The notes: generated from the letters alone by a model not told the origin. A stretch of 32,000 nt of DNA from Planctopirus limnophila DSM 3776 (GCF_000092105.1 NC_014148.1:4230001-4262000); one strand, 5' to 3'. Positions 8,648 to 17,242 are shown, counted from the stretch's first letter. A program made the numbers and translations.

Positions 8648-9385
8648 TCAAAGTTCAGGGAGTGCGGGATAGTCTTCAAGAGGAAGTTCTTCGCTGGTGG
8701 TCTCATGCCCCACAACAACCTGCACAGATCGTGTGAGTTTCACTTCAAAGGAGCCCTGGGCATCTTCGACAATGACTCGTTGAGGTTCGACATGCACGAG
8801 ACGCAGCTTGATGCCGGCAATCGTGAATGTTTTACCTTCAAGAACCAGTCGGGAATTGATCAGGGCAGCCCGACGCTGACTTCCCACAACCGTCGACTGC
8901 AGTTCCAATGGGGGCCTGGGAGCAGCTTTGACCATCTCTACGGGTGTTGTCGGCCCGGAGTCATGATCCTGACGAACAACTTGAGAGATCGGTTCTGGTT
9001 CAAAGAGGGGGAAGAGAGGGTCGTTGTCCAATGTTCTCAGAAAAGGATTCGCACTGGTCTTCGAAAGCCCTTTCCCTGCCAGCGGGTCGCGTGCCAGAAG
9101 TTCTTCCCAGCTAGGCCAGTCAACTTCGGGAGCACCGGCTGGCATTTCTGAACCTTTGCCGGGAGCAATGGAACTCGTTGTGGGAGGGGTTGGCGGAACA
9201 GTGGCTGTATTGACGGAAGCAGCCGCATTCTCTGGTCGAACGGGATTCCCCTTCCCGAGCGACTTGAGCAACATGGGTGTCCAGATCCAGAACCCGACGC
9301 CCAGCAAGCCCAGAAGCATGGCCGTTTTCGGCCAACTCGTTTTCAAATCCGCCAGCAGTTTTAGAGAGATGGTCTTGGCAGACAT
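8648..9385 (-). CDS. Bitopic membrane protein, GspC/PilP-like (secretin-coupling component candidate)
   Basis: It has one N-terminal TM (AMLLGLLGVGFWIWTPMLL), a Pro/Ala-rich linker, and a C-terminal small beta-domain (RRAALINSRLVLEGKTFTIAGIKLRLVHVEPQRVIVED) resembling the PilP / GspC-HR pattern. It sits directly upstream of the secretin. ATG at 9385 is preceded by AGGTGA; the track start at 9394 is GTG. Confidence 0.6.
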   Translation of the reverse strand: MSAKTISLKLLADLKTSWPKTAMLLGLLGVGFWIWTPMLLKSLGKGNPVRPENAAASVNTATVPPTPPTTSSIAPGKGSEMPAGAPEVDWPSWEELLARDPLAGKGLSKTSANPFLRTLDNDPLFPLFEPEPISQVVRQDHDSGPTTPVEMVKAAPRPPLELQSTVVGSQRRAALINSRLVLEGKTFTIAGIKLRLVHVEPQRVIVEDAQGSFEVKLTRSVQVVVGHETTSEELPLEDYPALPEL

Positions 9386-9644
9386 CAGGCTCACCTGGTG
9401 AAACCAGCGAAGGGAATGGAGCTGGCAGGCATCCAGTGGGAAGGGAAAGGTGATTCGGTGGAGAGATGATGGACGTGGGTGCGCATCGCTGCGCAGACAG
9501 ACTTATCGCAACCATCGGCCAGACGACGCTTGAACTTTCGTCAAAATCAGAAAAGTCGTCGCAAAGGATTCAAATCCTCAACACTGCTGCAAGATGGTTC
9601 GAGATCGGCAAATTCTGCGGGTGGTCAGCGTTCACCTGCAGGGG

Positions 9645-10376
9645 TTAATTTTTGCCAGGCATGCCGAGAGTTGCTGCTGGCATTTCGGGAAGCAGACGAC
9701 GGGCAATATGCATCTCACCCGAGATGGCAGCATGAGGCGAACTCGACAATCGACTTCCAGCCAGCGAGATGAATCGAGCTTCGGGTCGAGAGTCACTTCC
9801 TATCGACATGCGATGAATCATCGGTGAACCCTCGCTGTTTTTCGCCGAGCGGTTCTGCCGGGAACTTCGAACATCGTTCATGGAGAGTCGAAAGTCGAGA
9901 ATCTCGAATTCATCGGGTGAGTTATCAAGTTCCTGCAGCAGCAGATTCCAGTGATCATATTCTCCCGAAAGTTGCACACGCACTGAAGCCACATGATGTG
10001 TGCTCAAATCTTGTGGTGCCAGTGGTTCAAGTCGATCGATCGAGAGCTGATGGGTATGTGCCAGTTGACTGATCGATTTGAGAATCTTCGTTGTGATACC
10101 ACTGGTTTCGACAGGTTTTGGACTGGCTTGCTGCCGCTGGCGAATCTCTGCATGAAGATGTTCTACTTCCGCTAACTGAACCGGGATGTGCTGCAATTCG
10201 AGATGCTGGGCTTGAATCTGCTGTTCAAGTCGTCGGCATTCATTTTCAGCCGGTCGATGCACGAAGAACAGGTAGGCGAGCGTCATTGCCAGAAGCAATC
10301 CGCCGGTTCGCGCCAGTTCAAATGTTCGAGAATCGTGCATGAGGTCGATCCAGGTTTTTAAAGCATAAAGTGCCAT
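9645..10376 (-). CDS. pilO: PilO-like pilus assembly protein (TM plus coiled coil plus ferredoxin-like C-domain) with an extra C-terminal tail
   Basis: The protein has a short N-terminus and one TM (GGLLLAMTLAYLFFV). A coiled coil follows (ECRRLEQQIQAQHLELQHIPVQLAEVEHLHAEIRQRQ). The C-domain reads LSIDRLEPLAP...ASVRVQLSGEYDHWNLLLQELDN...EILDFRL. It follows pilN in gene order. The start is ambiguous: GTG 10406, ATG 10376 or ATG 10340. Confidence 0.6.
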   Translation of the reverse strand: MALYALKTWIDLMHDSRTFELARTGGLLLAMTLAYLFFVHRPAENECRRLEQQIQAQHLELQHIPVQLAEVEHLHAEIRQRQQASPKPVETSGITTKILKSISQLAHTHQLSIDRLEPLAPQDLSTHHVASVRVQLSGEYDHWNLLLQELDNSPDEFEILDFRLSMNDVRSSRQNRSAKNSEGSPMIHRMSIGSDSRPEARFISLAGSRLSSSPHAAISGEMHIARRLLPEMPAATLGMPGKN

Positions 10377-10750
10377 GCTTGCGGCACTGAGCTGTCTATG
10401 ACACACATCTTTTCACCCAACCATGGGTGGTATGACCTTAAATGCCCCAAAGAATGCAAAACACAGCGAAAGGACTTGGTTCTTGCCCGGGTGGCAGGGG
10501 TCGGATGTCTTCATCCGCCCCCCTGGTCATCAAAGTTCGTAAGCAAGTTTGCACCTGCATCGTCCCCCCCAACCATCATTTCCATGAACAATTAACACCC
10601 CATGAACTGGGGGCAAACGAAGACGTTTGACCCCAGCCACCCAGTCTTCATCCACCCGGTCTCAAGTCACACCTCAAATCAGAACTCCTGCGAAATTGTG
10701 TGTAAATGACAGCAGCCCTGATCAAGCGACAAGTTGCGAAGGATGATCCA

Positions 10751-11638
10751 TTAGTTTTTCGTCGATTTGTTAAGCTTCGATTGTTCGGCGGTCTGATGAG
10801 GCAGAATATCCCTCGCAATCTCGTGTTCATTGGTGAAGTCAGGCCCGGGAGCAGGCACGATTCGTTCGACAGGTTTTGCTGCGGGCGCAGGGTGCTTGTC
10901 GAAAGAAAGATCCTTGGCATCTGTCAAAGATTGCCCCAGGGGCCTGAGTTTCAGCAGGATCTGAAATTGCTGTAGCTCCAGATCATTCAGTTGTTGCGCC
11001 TGGCTCAGTTCCAGACGGACTTCAACAAAGTTGTTCGACGCTTCCAGAGCGTTTAGATAATTGGCCATGGCCAGATGATCCGGGGCTAACCCGATCAACT
11101 GCAAAGTGGGCTGTCTCTGGGCAAGTTCTGCCAATGTGCGATTCAGTAACTCCCCGGGTGCAAAGAGGCTTTCAGGACGCTGTGAATTCTGTGACGTCGC
11201 CGACGAGCGGCCAGGAGAACCCGAGTTGCTGCTGGCACTGCTACCCCCTGTGCCTCCTATGCCCGCTGTGCTCACGGGGTTCTGCCAATGGATTTCGCTT
11301 AGTGAAACGCCAGGTGGTCTGAGTCCATTGACCTCATCGAGAATGCTGGCCAGTGAATGATCTTGTTCCAGAACTTTGATCACCCGCTCATGCTCAATCA
11401 GTCGGTCGAGTTCTGCCTGAAGAGGAGCCGCTTCTGGCACGCCCGCTCTGGCAGTCGCGACGGAACTCTGCAAATGCAGCAGTCGTGTCCGATCTCGCGA
11501 AACTCGTGACCATTGGCCAACCGTCCCGGCAATGACCAGCCCGGCAAATACGATGGAAACCACGCGATGCCAACGGCGACGCAGCCTTTTTTCTCGATCG
11601 CGATGATATCCCGCAGGGAGAAAATCGATCTCACTCAT
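10751..11638 (-). CDS. pilN: PilN-like pilus assembly protein
   Basis: MSEIDFLPAGYHRDREKRLRRRW followed by one TM (VVSIVFAGLVIAGTV) matches the PilN N-terminal INLLP-type motif that binds PilM. A coiled coil and a periplasmic domain follow, interrupted by a Ser/Gly-rich insert. ATG at 11638 overlaps the pilM stop by 8 nt (ATGAGTGA). Confidence 0.7.
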   Translation of the reverse strand: MSEIDFLPAGYHRDREKRLRRRWHRVVSIVFAGLVIAGTVGQWSRVSRDRTRLLHLQSSVATARAGVPEAAPLQAELDRLIEHERVIKVLEQDHSLASILDEVNGLRPPGVSLSEIHWQNPVSTAGIGGTGGSSASSNSGSPGRSSATSQNSQRPESLFAPGELLNRTLAELAQRQPTLQLIGLAPDHLAMANYLNALEASNNFVEVRLELSQAQQLNDLELQQFQILLKLRPLGQSLTDAKDLSFDKHPAPAAKPVERIVPAPGPDFTNEHEIARDILPHQTAEQSKLNKSTKN

Positions 11639-12878
11639 GCGGCACTCCTGCGGGAGGCTCACCTGCCGAAGGAGTCATGGCATCGCTGGCTTCACCCGCA
11701 AGTGCGGCAGCCAACTGGTGATTTTTTGGTCTGACCGATGGAGCGAGTTGGTACAAGTTCGTCGTCAGAGAAAACTGTCGCAAGGCTAAACCCAAGGCCA
11801 CCACCCACGCACCATCCGGATAAAAACTCCGGCCATGTGGCGTCGAATTGGATTGATGGACAATCTGTCCGATATGGCGAGGCAGTTGATCGGCCAATGA
11901 TTCCGTCAAATGGTTTTCGGGCTGAGTGTCCCGGCATAAAGTCACTGGCATGCCAAACCGGTCACCCAGATAATCCGCCAGCCAGCTCGAAACACCTTCG
12001 CCACTCAACCAGAGCTGTCCCGCGGGTCGGCCTCGAAACGTGACTTTGCAATATCTCAGGCACATCTCGACTTCGTTGGTCACAGTTTCCAGGAGCGACC
12101 GAATGGCATCAATCACCGAGCGATGCACATCGTCATCGGCATTGAGTTCTTCAGCATGGCTGACCGAGGTTCTCAGTTGCCTCGCTTCCAACTCGGTAAG
12201 TTCGAGTTCCTCGGCAATCGCCCGGTCAAACTGATAGTTTCCGACAAGGATGTACTTGAGGAACAGAATTCGATCGCCTTCCGCGAAGATGACGGTCGAG
12301 AGTTTTTCTCCGAGATGGAGAAAGACAGTTCGTTTTTCGGAGTTGTCCACCGCCCGTTGAAACCGAATCAGGGCGTGGGATTCCGTATCAATGGCCTGTG
12401 GTACCAGGCCCGCATGCTCGCAAATCTGGATCTGCTGCTGGATGGCTGTCTTGCGGCAAGCCAATAGAATCACTTCGTGTTTGGAAACCCCATCCTGCTT
12501 GACATCTCCTGCTACGATTAGTCGCAACTCCGCCTCATCGACGGCGTAAGGCAATCGTTCTTCGGCTTCGAAACGGGCAACCTGTGGCAACTCTTCACTG
12601 GGAACCTGTGGCAGTCGAGCATTATGAATCCACAATTCGTGCGAAGGAATTCCCAGCACCACCTGCCAGCCACGGAAGAGTCGATTTCTCCACCAGCGTT
12701 TGAGAATGGCAATGACGGCCCGTTCATAATCGAGTGGAGAATCTGATGTTTGGCTGGCCAGATTTTCTACCGCAGCGCCGCAAACTCGCCCTGATCGATC
12801 CAGTTGAATGGCACGCACCGACCCTGCCTGCAGAAGCAGTCCGACAGGTGAATACTGGGTCGATTTGCCATACCACAT
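11631..12878 (-). CDS. pilM: PilM-type actin-like pilus assembly ATPase-fold protein (with about 60-aa C-terminal extension)
   Basis: The start is the typical PilM one (SPVGLLLQAGSVRAIQLDRSG), with an actin/FtsA-like fold pattern through ...VFLHLGEKLSTVIFAEGDRILF...LWLSGEGV. It lies immediately upstream of, and overlapping, the pilN-like gene. ATG is at 12878. Confidence 0.85.
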   Translation of the reverse strand: MWYGKSTQYSPVGLLLQAGSVRAIQLDRSGRVCGAAVENLASQTSDSPLDYERAVIAILKRWWRNRLFRGWQVVLGIPSHELWIHNARLPQVPSEELPQVARFEAEERLPYAVDEAELRLIVAGDVKQDGVSKHEVILLACRKTAIQQQIQICEHAGLVPQAIDTESHALIRFQRAVDNSEKRTVFLHLGEKLSTVIFAEGDRILFLKYILVGNYQFDRAIAEELELTELEARQLRTSVSHAEELNADDDVHRSVIDAIRSLLETVTNEVEMCLRYCKVTFRGRPAGQLWLSGEGVSSWLADYLGDRFGMPVTLCRDTQPENHLTESLADQLPRHIGQIVHQSNSTPHGRSFYPDGAWVVALGLALRQFSLTTNLYQLAPSVRPKNHQLAAALAGEASDAMTPSAGEPPAGVPHE

Positions 12879-12893
12879 GGATGGGAGATCCTG

Positions 12894-13457
12894 TTAAGGC
12901 ATCCAGACCTGCCCTGTTTGCCACGAGACAGTCAGGATCAGACTCGTTTCGGATGCACCGCTTCCATGAATGAGCGTGATCTCTGTATCGGCACTTCGAG
13001 TCGGCCCCGTGCCTCCAGTCGATGCGAACGGAATATTCGTTACAGTCCGGTTTTCTACAGGAACCTTGACAGACTTGAAGCGTACTCCAGCCGCCTGTGA
13101 CGAGCGGCTCTGATATCGGGCCATCGGCACCACATAACCGCTCTGCGAACTTCCCGGCGGAGCCAATGGATCGACCAGCAGTGGGACTGTGGCCGTGCCG
13201 GTATGGACGATTCGATAACTTTGGCCTGTCAGATCAAACTGAACTTCATAAGTCGTGTTCTGATCAATCGCCAGTTGCCGGGCCAGACGAAGATCGGCCG
13301 CCAGCCGGCGGGCTGCCACCGGCAGCATTTGCTCTCCCCAGGACTCCATGGCGGAAATCCCCACAGAGGCCAGAATCCCGACAATCACAATCACGATCAG
13401 CAATTCCACAACCGTATAGGCTTTTCGGGCAGGTCGTGGAGAGCAGGTACTTTTCAT
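12894..13457 (-). CDS. Prepilin-type N-terminal domain protein, GspH/FimT-like minor pseudopilin
   Basis: The class-III signal reads MKSTCSPRPARKA|YTVVELLIVIVIVGILASVGI, with Glu at +5 but Ala rather than Gly at -1 and Tyr at +1. ARRLAADLRLARQLAIDQN is typical of GspH/FimT. ATG at 13457 forms an ATGA overlap with the upstream stop; the track start at 13487 is GTG. Confidence 0.8.
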   Translation of the reverse strand: MKSTCSPRPARKAYTVVELLIVIVIVGILASVGISAMESWGEQMLPVAARRLAADLRLARQLAIDQNTTYEVQFDLTGQSYRIVHTGTATVPLLVDPLAPPGSSQSGYVVPMARYQSRSSQAAGVRFKSVKVPVENRTVTNIPFASTGGTGPTRSADTEITLIHGSGASETSLILTVSWQTGQVWMP

Positions 13458-15385
13458 GGGAGGATCTCCCGCGAAATGACCAGCCACTGATAACCGGGTG
13501 TGCCCAGACCCACGATCACACCACCTGGTGGAGTGATCGTCGAGGCTCGCAGAATCGGGAGTGAAGTCACTTCATTCACCACAGGCACATCATGCAGATG
13601 AAGTGTGGGTTCGATGTTCTGTGCGAAAGTCGCCTGGTAACTTCCTAACCAATTGACATTTGCCGAGTTGGCGAGCCATCGGGTCAAAGTCATCTCGGCT
13701 TGACCAGTCGCAGCCAGCAGGCTGTTGGTCTGTTCCCATTGCGTTCTAAGGAGTGTCCAGCTTAATGAGCTGAGATCCCAATGTGAGGCACGATTGAAAT
13801 TCGCCGTATCGCCCCAGAGCCTGCCGAGAATACGAACTTCTGCCTGAGGAGTACGTGACATTCGCCAGGCCACGGGGCCCGTCGTAGTGACTTGACCCGC
13901 GACCGTAACTCTTCGGGCGTTTTTATCGACAGAAACGATCGGCAGAGTACGACCTGTCCCGCCCGTGAATAATGTCATCTGATGTCGCCAACCCGAATTG
14001 ATGGCGTCGAAGTTCACGTCGTCGTCAATTCGAATTGAGGAAAATGGCTGAGTACTGACGGAAGCTGTTGCCAGAGTTCCTGTGAGGCCCATGGCGGTGC
14101 TATTCGTGCGAAGTCTCCACGAGGCACCGGCACCAGTAATCGTTCTTGTGGCCTGGACAAAACCTTCCACATGGCAAAAGCATTCGCGGTCGAATTCGAC
14201 AAACTGCGCCATGACGGTTGGCAATGTCGTCGAAAGAGCACTGCTTCGAAGATCGGCTGGCAGCAAGTCCGTCAGCCGGACAGGAACGATGATGTTATTA
14301 GTGCCCTCGATGGTGATTCGACCCGTGGCGATCAACGTCCCCACAATCGTGGTGTTCCCCTGAATTCGAAGATCGCCCTGACGAATATAAATGCCCAAAG
14401 GATTGGCGGGCGTGGGGCGTAATTCACTCCAGGAAATGGAACTTCCCAGTGCTTGTGCGTTGTAGACAAACCCTTTGTCATACAGGCGATACTGGCTCCA
14501 CGATGAAATGGAAAATGTCGGCGTCGGCGGATGAGAGGCACTGATCTCGACTGGCACACCCAGTAATGCAAGGCTTTCCGCCACAGTTGAATTGTTGGCA
14601 GAACCTGAATTCGAGAAAACAAACTTCTGGGCAAACGGATGCGGGAATTTCTCGATATTGCTCAGTGCCCCATAATCCTGAGCCAGATGCTGCAGATAGA
14701 TTTGCCGCGTGGAGGTTGACCACAAGGGATCGCCAAAAATGACCGGTCGTCCTCGGAGCCACAAAGGGCCTTCGACGCGATTACTGGGGTCAACAACGAG
14801 AGCACTGTTGGAGTTGGAGGCCAGTGTCAGCGAATACGGTCGGGTGCTGATCGACTCATTCGAGGGCGGATTCCAATCGGCAGGCAGGCTGGTACTGGAA
14901 CCTGGAAGCTCGACCCGAGGACGCATTTCGACAATCAGTCGAATCGTCTTTTGCGAGGGGATGGAACTATTCACAGCCGGCGTGAAGCGTCCTGTGCAGC
15001 GAACTTCCACACGCAGCAGTTGTGAGAGTGTCGAGGCTGTGACCGTGATGGGATGAAAGGTCGCTTCGTAACTGGCTGTTCCTTCGGCTGTTTGCCACAA
15101 CTGACCCGATAGTGACTGATTAACCCCCGCCCAACTGGCAGAGTGCATTTGTCGCAAAGTCAGGCGAGCGGCTGTCTCTGCAGCATCTTCCGCATGTCGG
15201 TTCCCAATCGAGTTATTCGTCACACGGGTCGAGATCGCCTGGGTTTCCAGAAAAGCCAATGTCACTGCACAAGTTAACCCCAGCGCAACGACCACCATCA
15301 AAAGTGCGGCCCCCTTGCGGGCATGCTGAATGCCCGGCACCTCCCCATGACGGCCCATCGATCGAAGAATTTGTCTCACTCTCAT
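13454..15385 (-). CDS. Large (about 643 aa) PilX-N/GspK-like pilus tip-complex candidate
   Basis: The N-terminus ARKGAALLMVVVALGLTCAVTLAFLETQAISTRVTNNSIGNRHAEDAAETAARL matches the PilX N-terminal / GspK style: a hydrophobic helix without Glu+5, followed by an AE-containing helix. I did not recognise any domain in the remaining roughly 570 aa. ATG at 15385 is preceded by AAGGGAG 8 nt upstream. Confidence 0.6.
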   Translation of the reverse strand: MRVRQILRSMGRHGEVPGIQHARKGAALLMVVVALGLTCAVTLAFLETQAISTRVTNNSIGNRHAEDAAETAARLTLRQMHSASWAGVNQSLSGQLWQTAEGTASYEATFHPITVTASTLSQLLRVEVRCTGRFTPAVNSSIPSQKTIRLIVEMRPRVELPGSSTSLPADWNPPSNESISTRPYSLTLASNSNSALVVDPSNRVEGPLWLRGRPVIFGDPLWSTSTRQIYLQHLAQDYGALSNIEKFPHPFAQKFVFSNSGSANNSTVAESLALLGVPVEISASHPPTPTFSISSWSQYRLYDKGFVYNAQALGSSISWSELRPTPANPLGIYIRQGDLRIQGNTTIVGTLIATGRITIEGTNNIIVPVRLTDLLPADLRSSALSTTLPTVMAQFVEFDRECFCHVEGFVQATRTITGAGASWRLRTNSTAMGLTGTLATASVSTQPFSSIRIDDDVNFDAINSGWRHQMTLFTGGTGRTLPIVSVDKNARRVTVAGQVTTTGPVAWRMSRTPQAEVRILGRLWGDTANFNRASHWDLSSLSWTLLRTQWEQTNSLLAATGQAEMTLTRWLANSANVNWLGSYQATFAQNIEPTLHLHDVPVVNEVTSLPILRASTITPPGGVIVGLGTPGYQWLVISREILP

Positions 15386-15389
15386 CGGG

Positions 15390-16400
15390 TTAACTCCCTT
15401 CATGAAGCCAACTTTTGAGAGCAGAACCCACAAACAAATTCACTCCCTGACTTCCCGACAACAGTCCGGTCGAGGCACTGTTCGCGCCCCCAGATGCCAG
15501 CGAAACCGCGGAGGACGCATGCGGATCCATCGCGATCTGCCACGAGATGTGGCTGACACGTTGACCCGCTGAGTTGGAACAGAACCCTCCATACCACGGA
15601 AGTTCTTTCCAGGCCTGACTCCCTCGCACTGCCGACGCCAGTTCATTGGGCGAGGGAGATTGCCGAAGTTGAAAGCGAATCGCTCCACGAAAAGAGGGTG
15701 CACTCGGATTGCCAGTCGACTCCAAAGGAGTGATGGCCAGCCGAGTGATGATCGGCAGCCTTCGCGCAGCGGGTGACAGGACAGCTTCACGAATAGTGGC
15801 TGCAAAGTTGGCAGCATCAAATGACACTGTCTGAGAATCCTCAGGGAACGTAACTTCCACCAACCGGCGGGCAGTGGTTTGTAAAGGAGAGCTTTCCGAC
15901 TGGGATTCGAGGACTGGAGCGGGAGCCGCATCCCAGGTGTAGACCACCAGTTCACTCAACAGCGGTGTTCGATTGGGAAAGTCGCCCCCCGCCAGATTGC
16001 CATTCGCACCACCACTCCACAGGATCAGCAGATCGCCTGAAGAGTCTGTGGATAGTCCCGCTGTACCCCATTGCTCGATCACAAACATTCCAGGCTGTCG
16101 CACGCCCGATGAATCGCGATAGGTGGCGGCTTGCCGAATCATCCAGTTTAAACGCTGATGGAAGGCATCGGATTCGTGCCTTGCCCTTTCCATCGATTCG
16201 CTGAACGTCCAAGCCGTATGGACTGCCAGCGAAAGTGATCCAATCACAGCACTGAGCAGTGAAAAAATCATCATCGAAACCAGCAGTTCGGGAAGAGTGA
16301 AACCTCCAAAACGACGGACTCGCTGAGTAGAGAACGAACGGGTTCCCGGAAGCCAGCCACAATTTCCTAGCGCAGTGAGATCAGGGGGCGGGAGGAACAT
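15390..16400 (-). CDS. Prepilin-type N-terminal domain protein, PilW/GspJ-like minor pseudopilin
   Basis: RRFGG|FTLPELLVSMMIFSLLSAVIGS is a canonical G|FTLxE methylation motif. The size (336 aa) and the position after the PilV/GspI-like gene fit PilW/GspJ. ATG at 16400 has GAGGA upstream and a 20-nt overlap with the upstream gene. Confidence 0.75.
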   Translation of the reverse strand: MFLPPPDLTALGNCGWLPGTRSFSTQRVRRFGGFTLPELLVSMMIFSLLSAVIGSLSLAVHTAWTFSESMERARHESDAFHQRLNWMIRQAATYRDSSGVRQPGMFVIEQWGTAGLSTDSSGDLLILWSGGANGNLAGGDFPNRTPLLSELVVYTWDAAPAPVLESQSESSPLQTTARRLVEVTFPEDSQTVSFDAANFAATIREAVLSPAARRLPIITRLAITPLESTGNPSAPSFRGAIRFQLRQSPSPNELASAVRGSQAWKELPWYGGFCSNSAGQRVSHISWQIAMDPHASSAVSLASGGANSASTGLLSGSQGVNLFVGSALKSWLHEGS

Positions 16401-17013
16401 AAGCCATGATCCTCACACTTTGAGTTATGATTGGGGCGTTCGCTAAACTTTGTGGCAAAGGCCCGCTTTGCGTCGTGCCAGTTTCTGAGATGGCGAGTGG
16501 TGCCGTCAGTTCTCGCACACGAACTGTCACCCGGCGGAAGCCTGTCTCGCTGGTTGCCACTGGCCACGTCGAACCTGTCCCCTGTTGGACTCGTTCAACA
16601 AAGACTTCCTGCACAAAACGGTTCATTGCTGGAAGATCTGGCGATGAAGAGCCGTTATCGATGAATGTCGCCGATGGATTCAGTGCCAAATGACCTAAGA
16701 GTCGTCCATGTCGATCTGCCGGCGGCGACTGAACATAACCGGCATAGTCGTCAAGATCGTTGAATTCCAGACGACTGGGCACAGTTCCCATCGTTCGAAC
16801 GGTGGGCCGGGAGTCGGCCAGAAGAGGGAACCTCGCGAGCGAGATTTCATCCATCAGTTGTTGACAGATGCCTCGAGCGACAGTGGTCGAGATGGCACTG
16901 GAAGAGGCTTGCCCCAGTCCGTACACCACCTGCACAAGTGCTGCACAAGCCATCGTCGTGACAGTGACAGAGACGAGGGCTTCCATCAGTGAGAAGCCGT
17001 TTCGTGGGGTCAT
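16381..17013 (-). CDS. Prepilin-type N-terminal domain protein, PilV/GspI-like minor pseudopilin (first gene of the locus)
   Basis: MTPRNG|FSLMEALVSVTVTTMACAALV has a canonical short leader and Glu+5. An alternative upstream ATG at 17049 would give an 18-aa leader. Confidence 0.75.
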   Translation of the reverse strand: MTPRNGFSLMEALVSVTVTTMACAALVQVVYGLGQASSSAISTTVARGICQQLMDEISLARFPLLADSRPTVRTMGTVPSRLEFNDLDDYAGYVQSPPADRHGRLLGHLALNPSATFIDNGSSSPDLPAMNRFVQEVFVERVQQGTGSTWPVATSETGFRRVTVRVRELTAPLAISETGTTQSGPLPQSLANAPIITQSVRIMAYVPPAP

Positions 17014-17130
17014 CTGAAGCTTGAGTGATGGGGGTTTGACTGAATCCATAGTTAGCGACTGCGTGAAAATGATGGATCTGCAGGATGATGGCAGGCCGTC
17101 GGTAATGACGTTTGGACATCATGAAAACGG

Positions 17131-17181
17131 AGAACGCGGCAAGGTCCCCTCGAAGCTCCTAGCTCCTCCTTGCCGCGTTCT
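17131..17181 (-). promoter_or_regulatory. 14-bp perfect hairpin in the putative 5' leader of the pilus operon, with loop AGGAG repeats
   Basis: AGAACGCGGCAAGG (17131-17144) pairs perfectly with CCTTGCCGCGTTCT (17168-17181). The 23-nt loop contains the direct repeat AGCTCCT AGCTCCT, which reads AGGAGCU AGGAGCU on the minus-strand RNA. On the minus strand the stem is followed by CCGUUUUC. Confidence 0.35.
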
Positions 17182-17242
17182 TTCGTAGTCGGTTATCGCC
17201 TCGTCAGCTCGTTGATTGCTGCGGCGTTGTTTGCATGTGGGA

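Noticed and set aside
10629-10642. A 13-mer ACCCCAGCCACCC shared with the palindrome at 1458-1470, suggesting a dispersed repeat family
   Set aside because: A single shared 13-mer is within chance expectation for all-against-all comparison of 32 kb on two strands. A genome-wide search is needed before calling it a repeat family.
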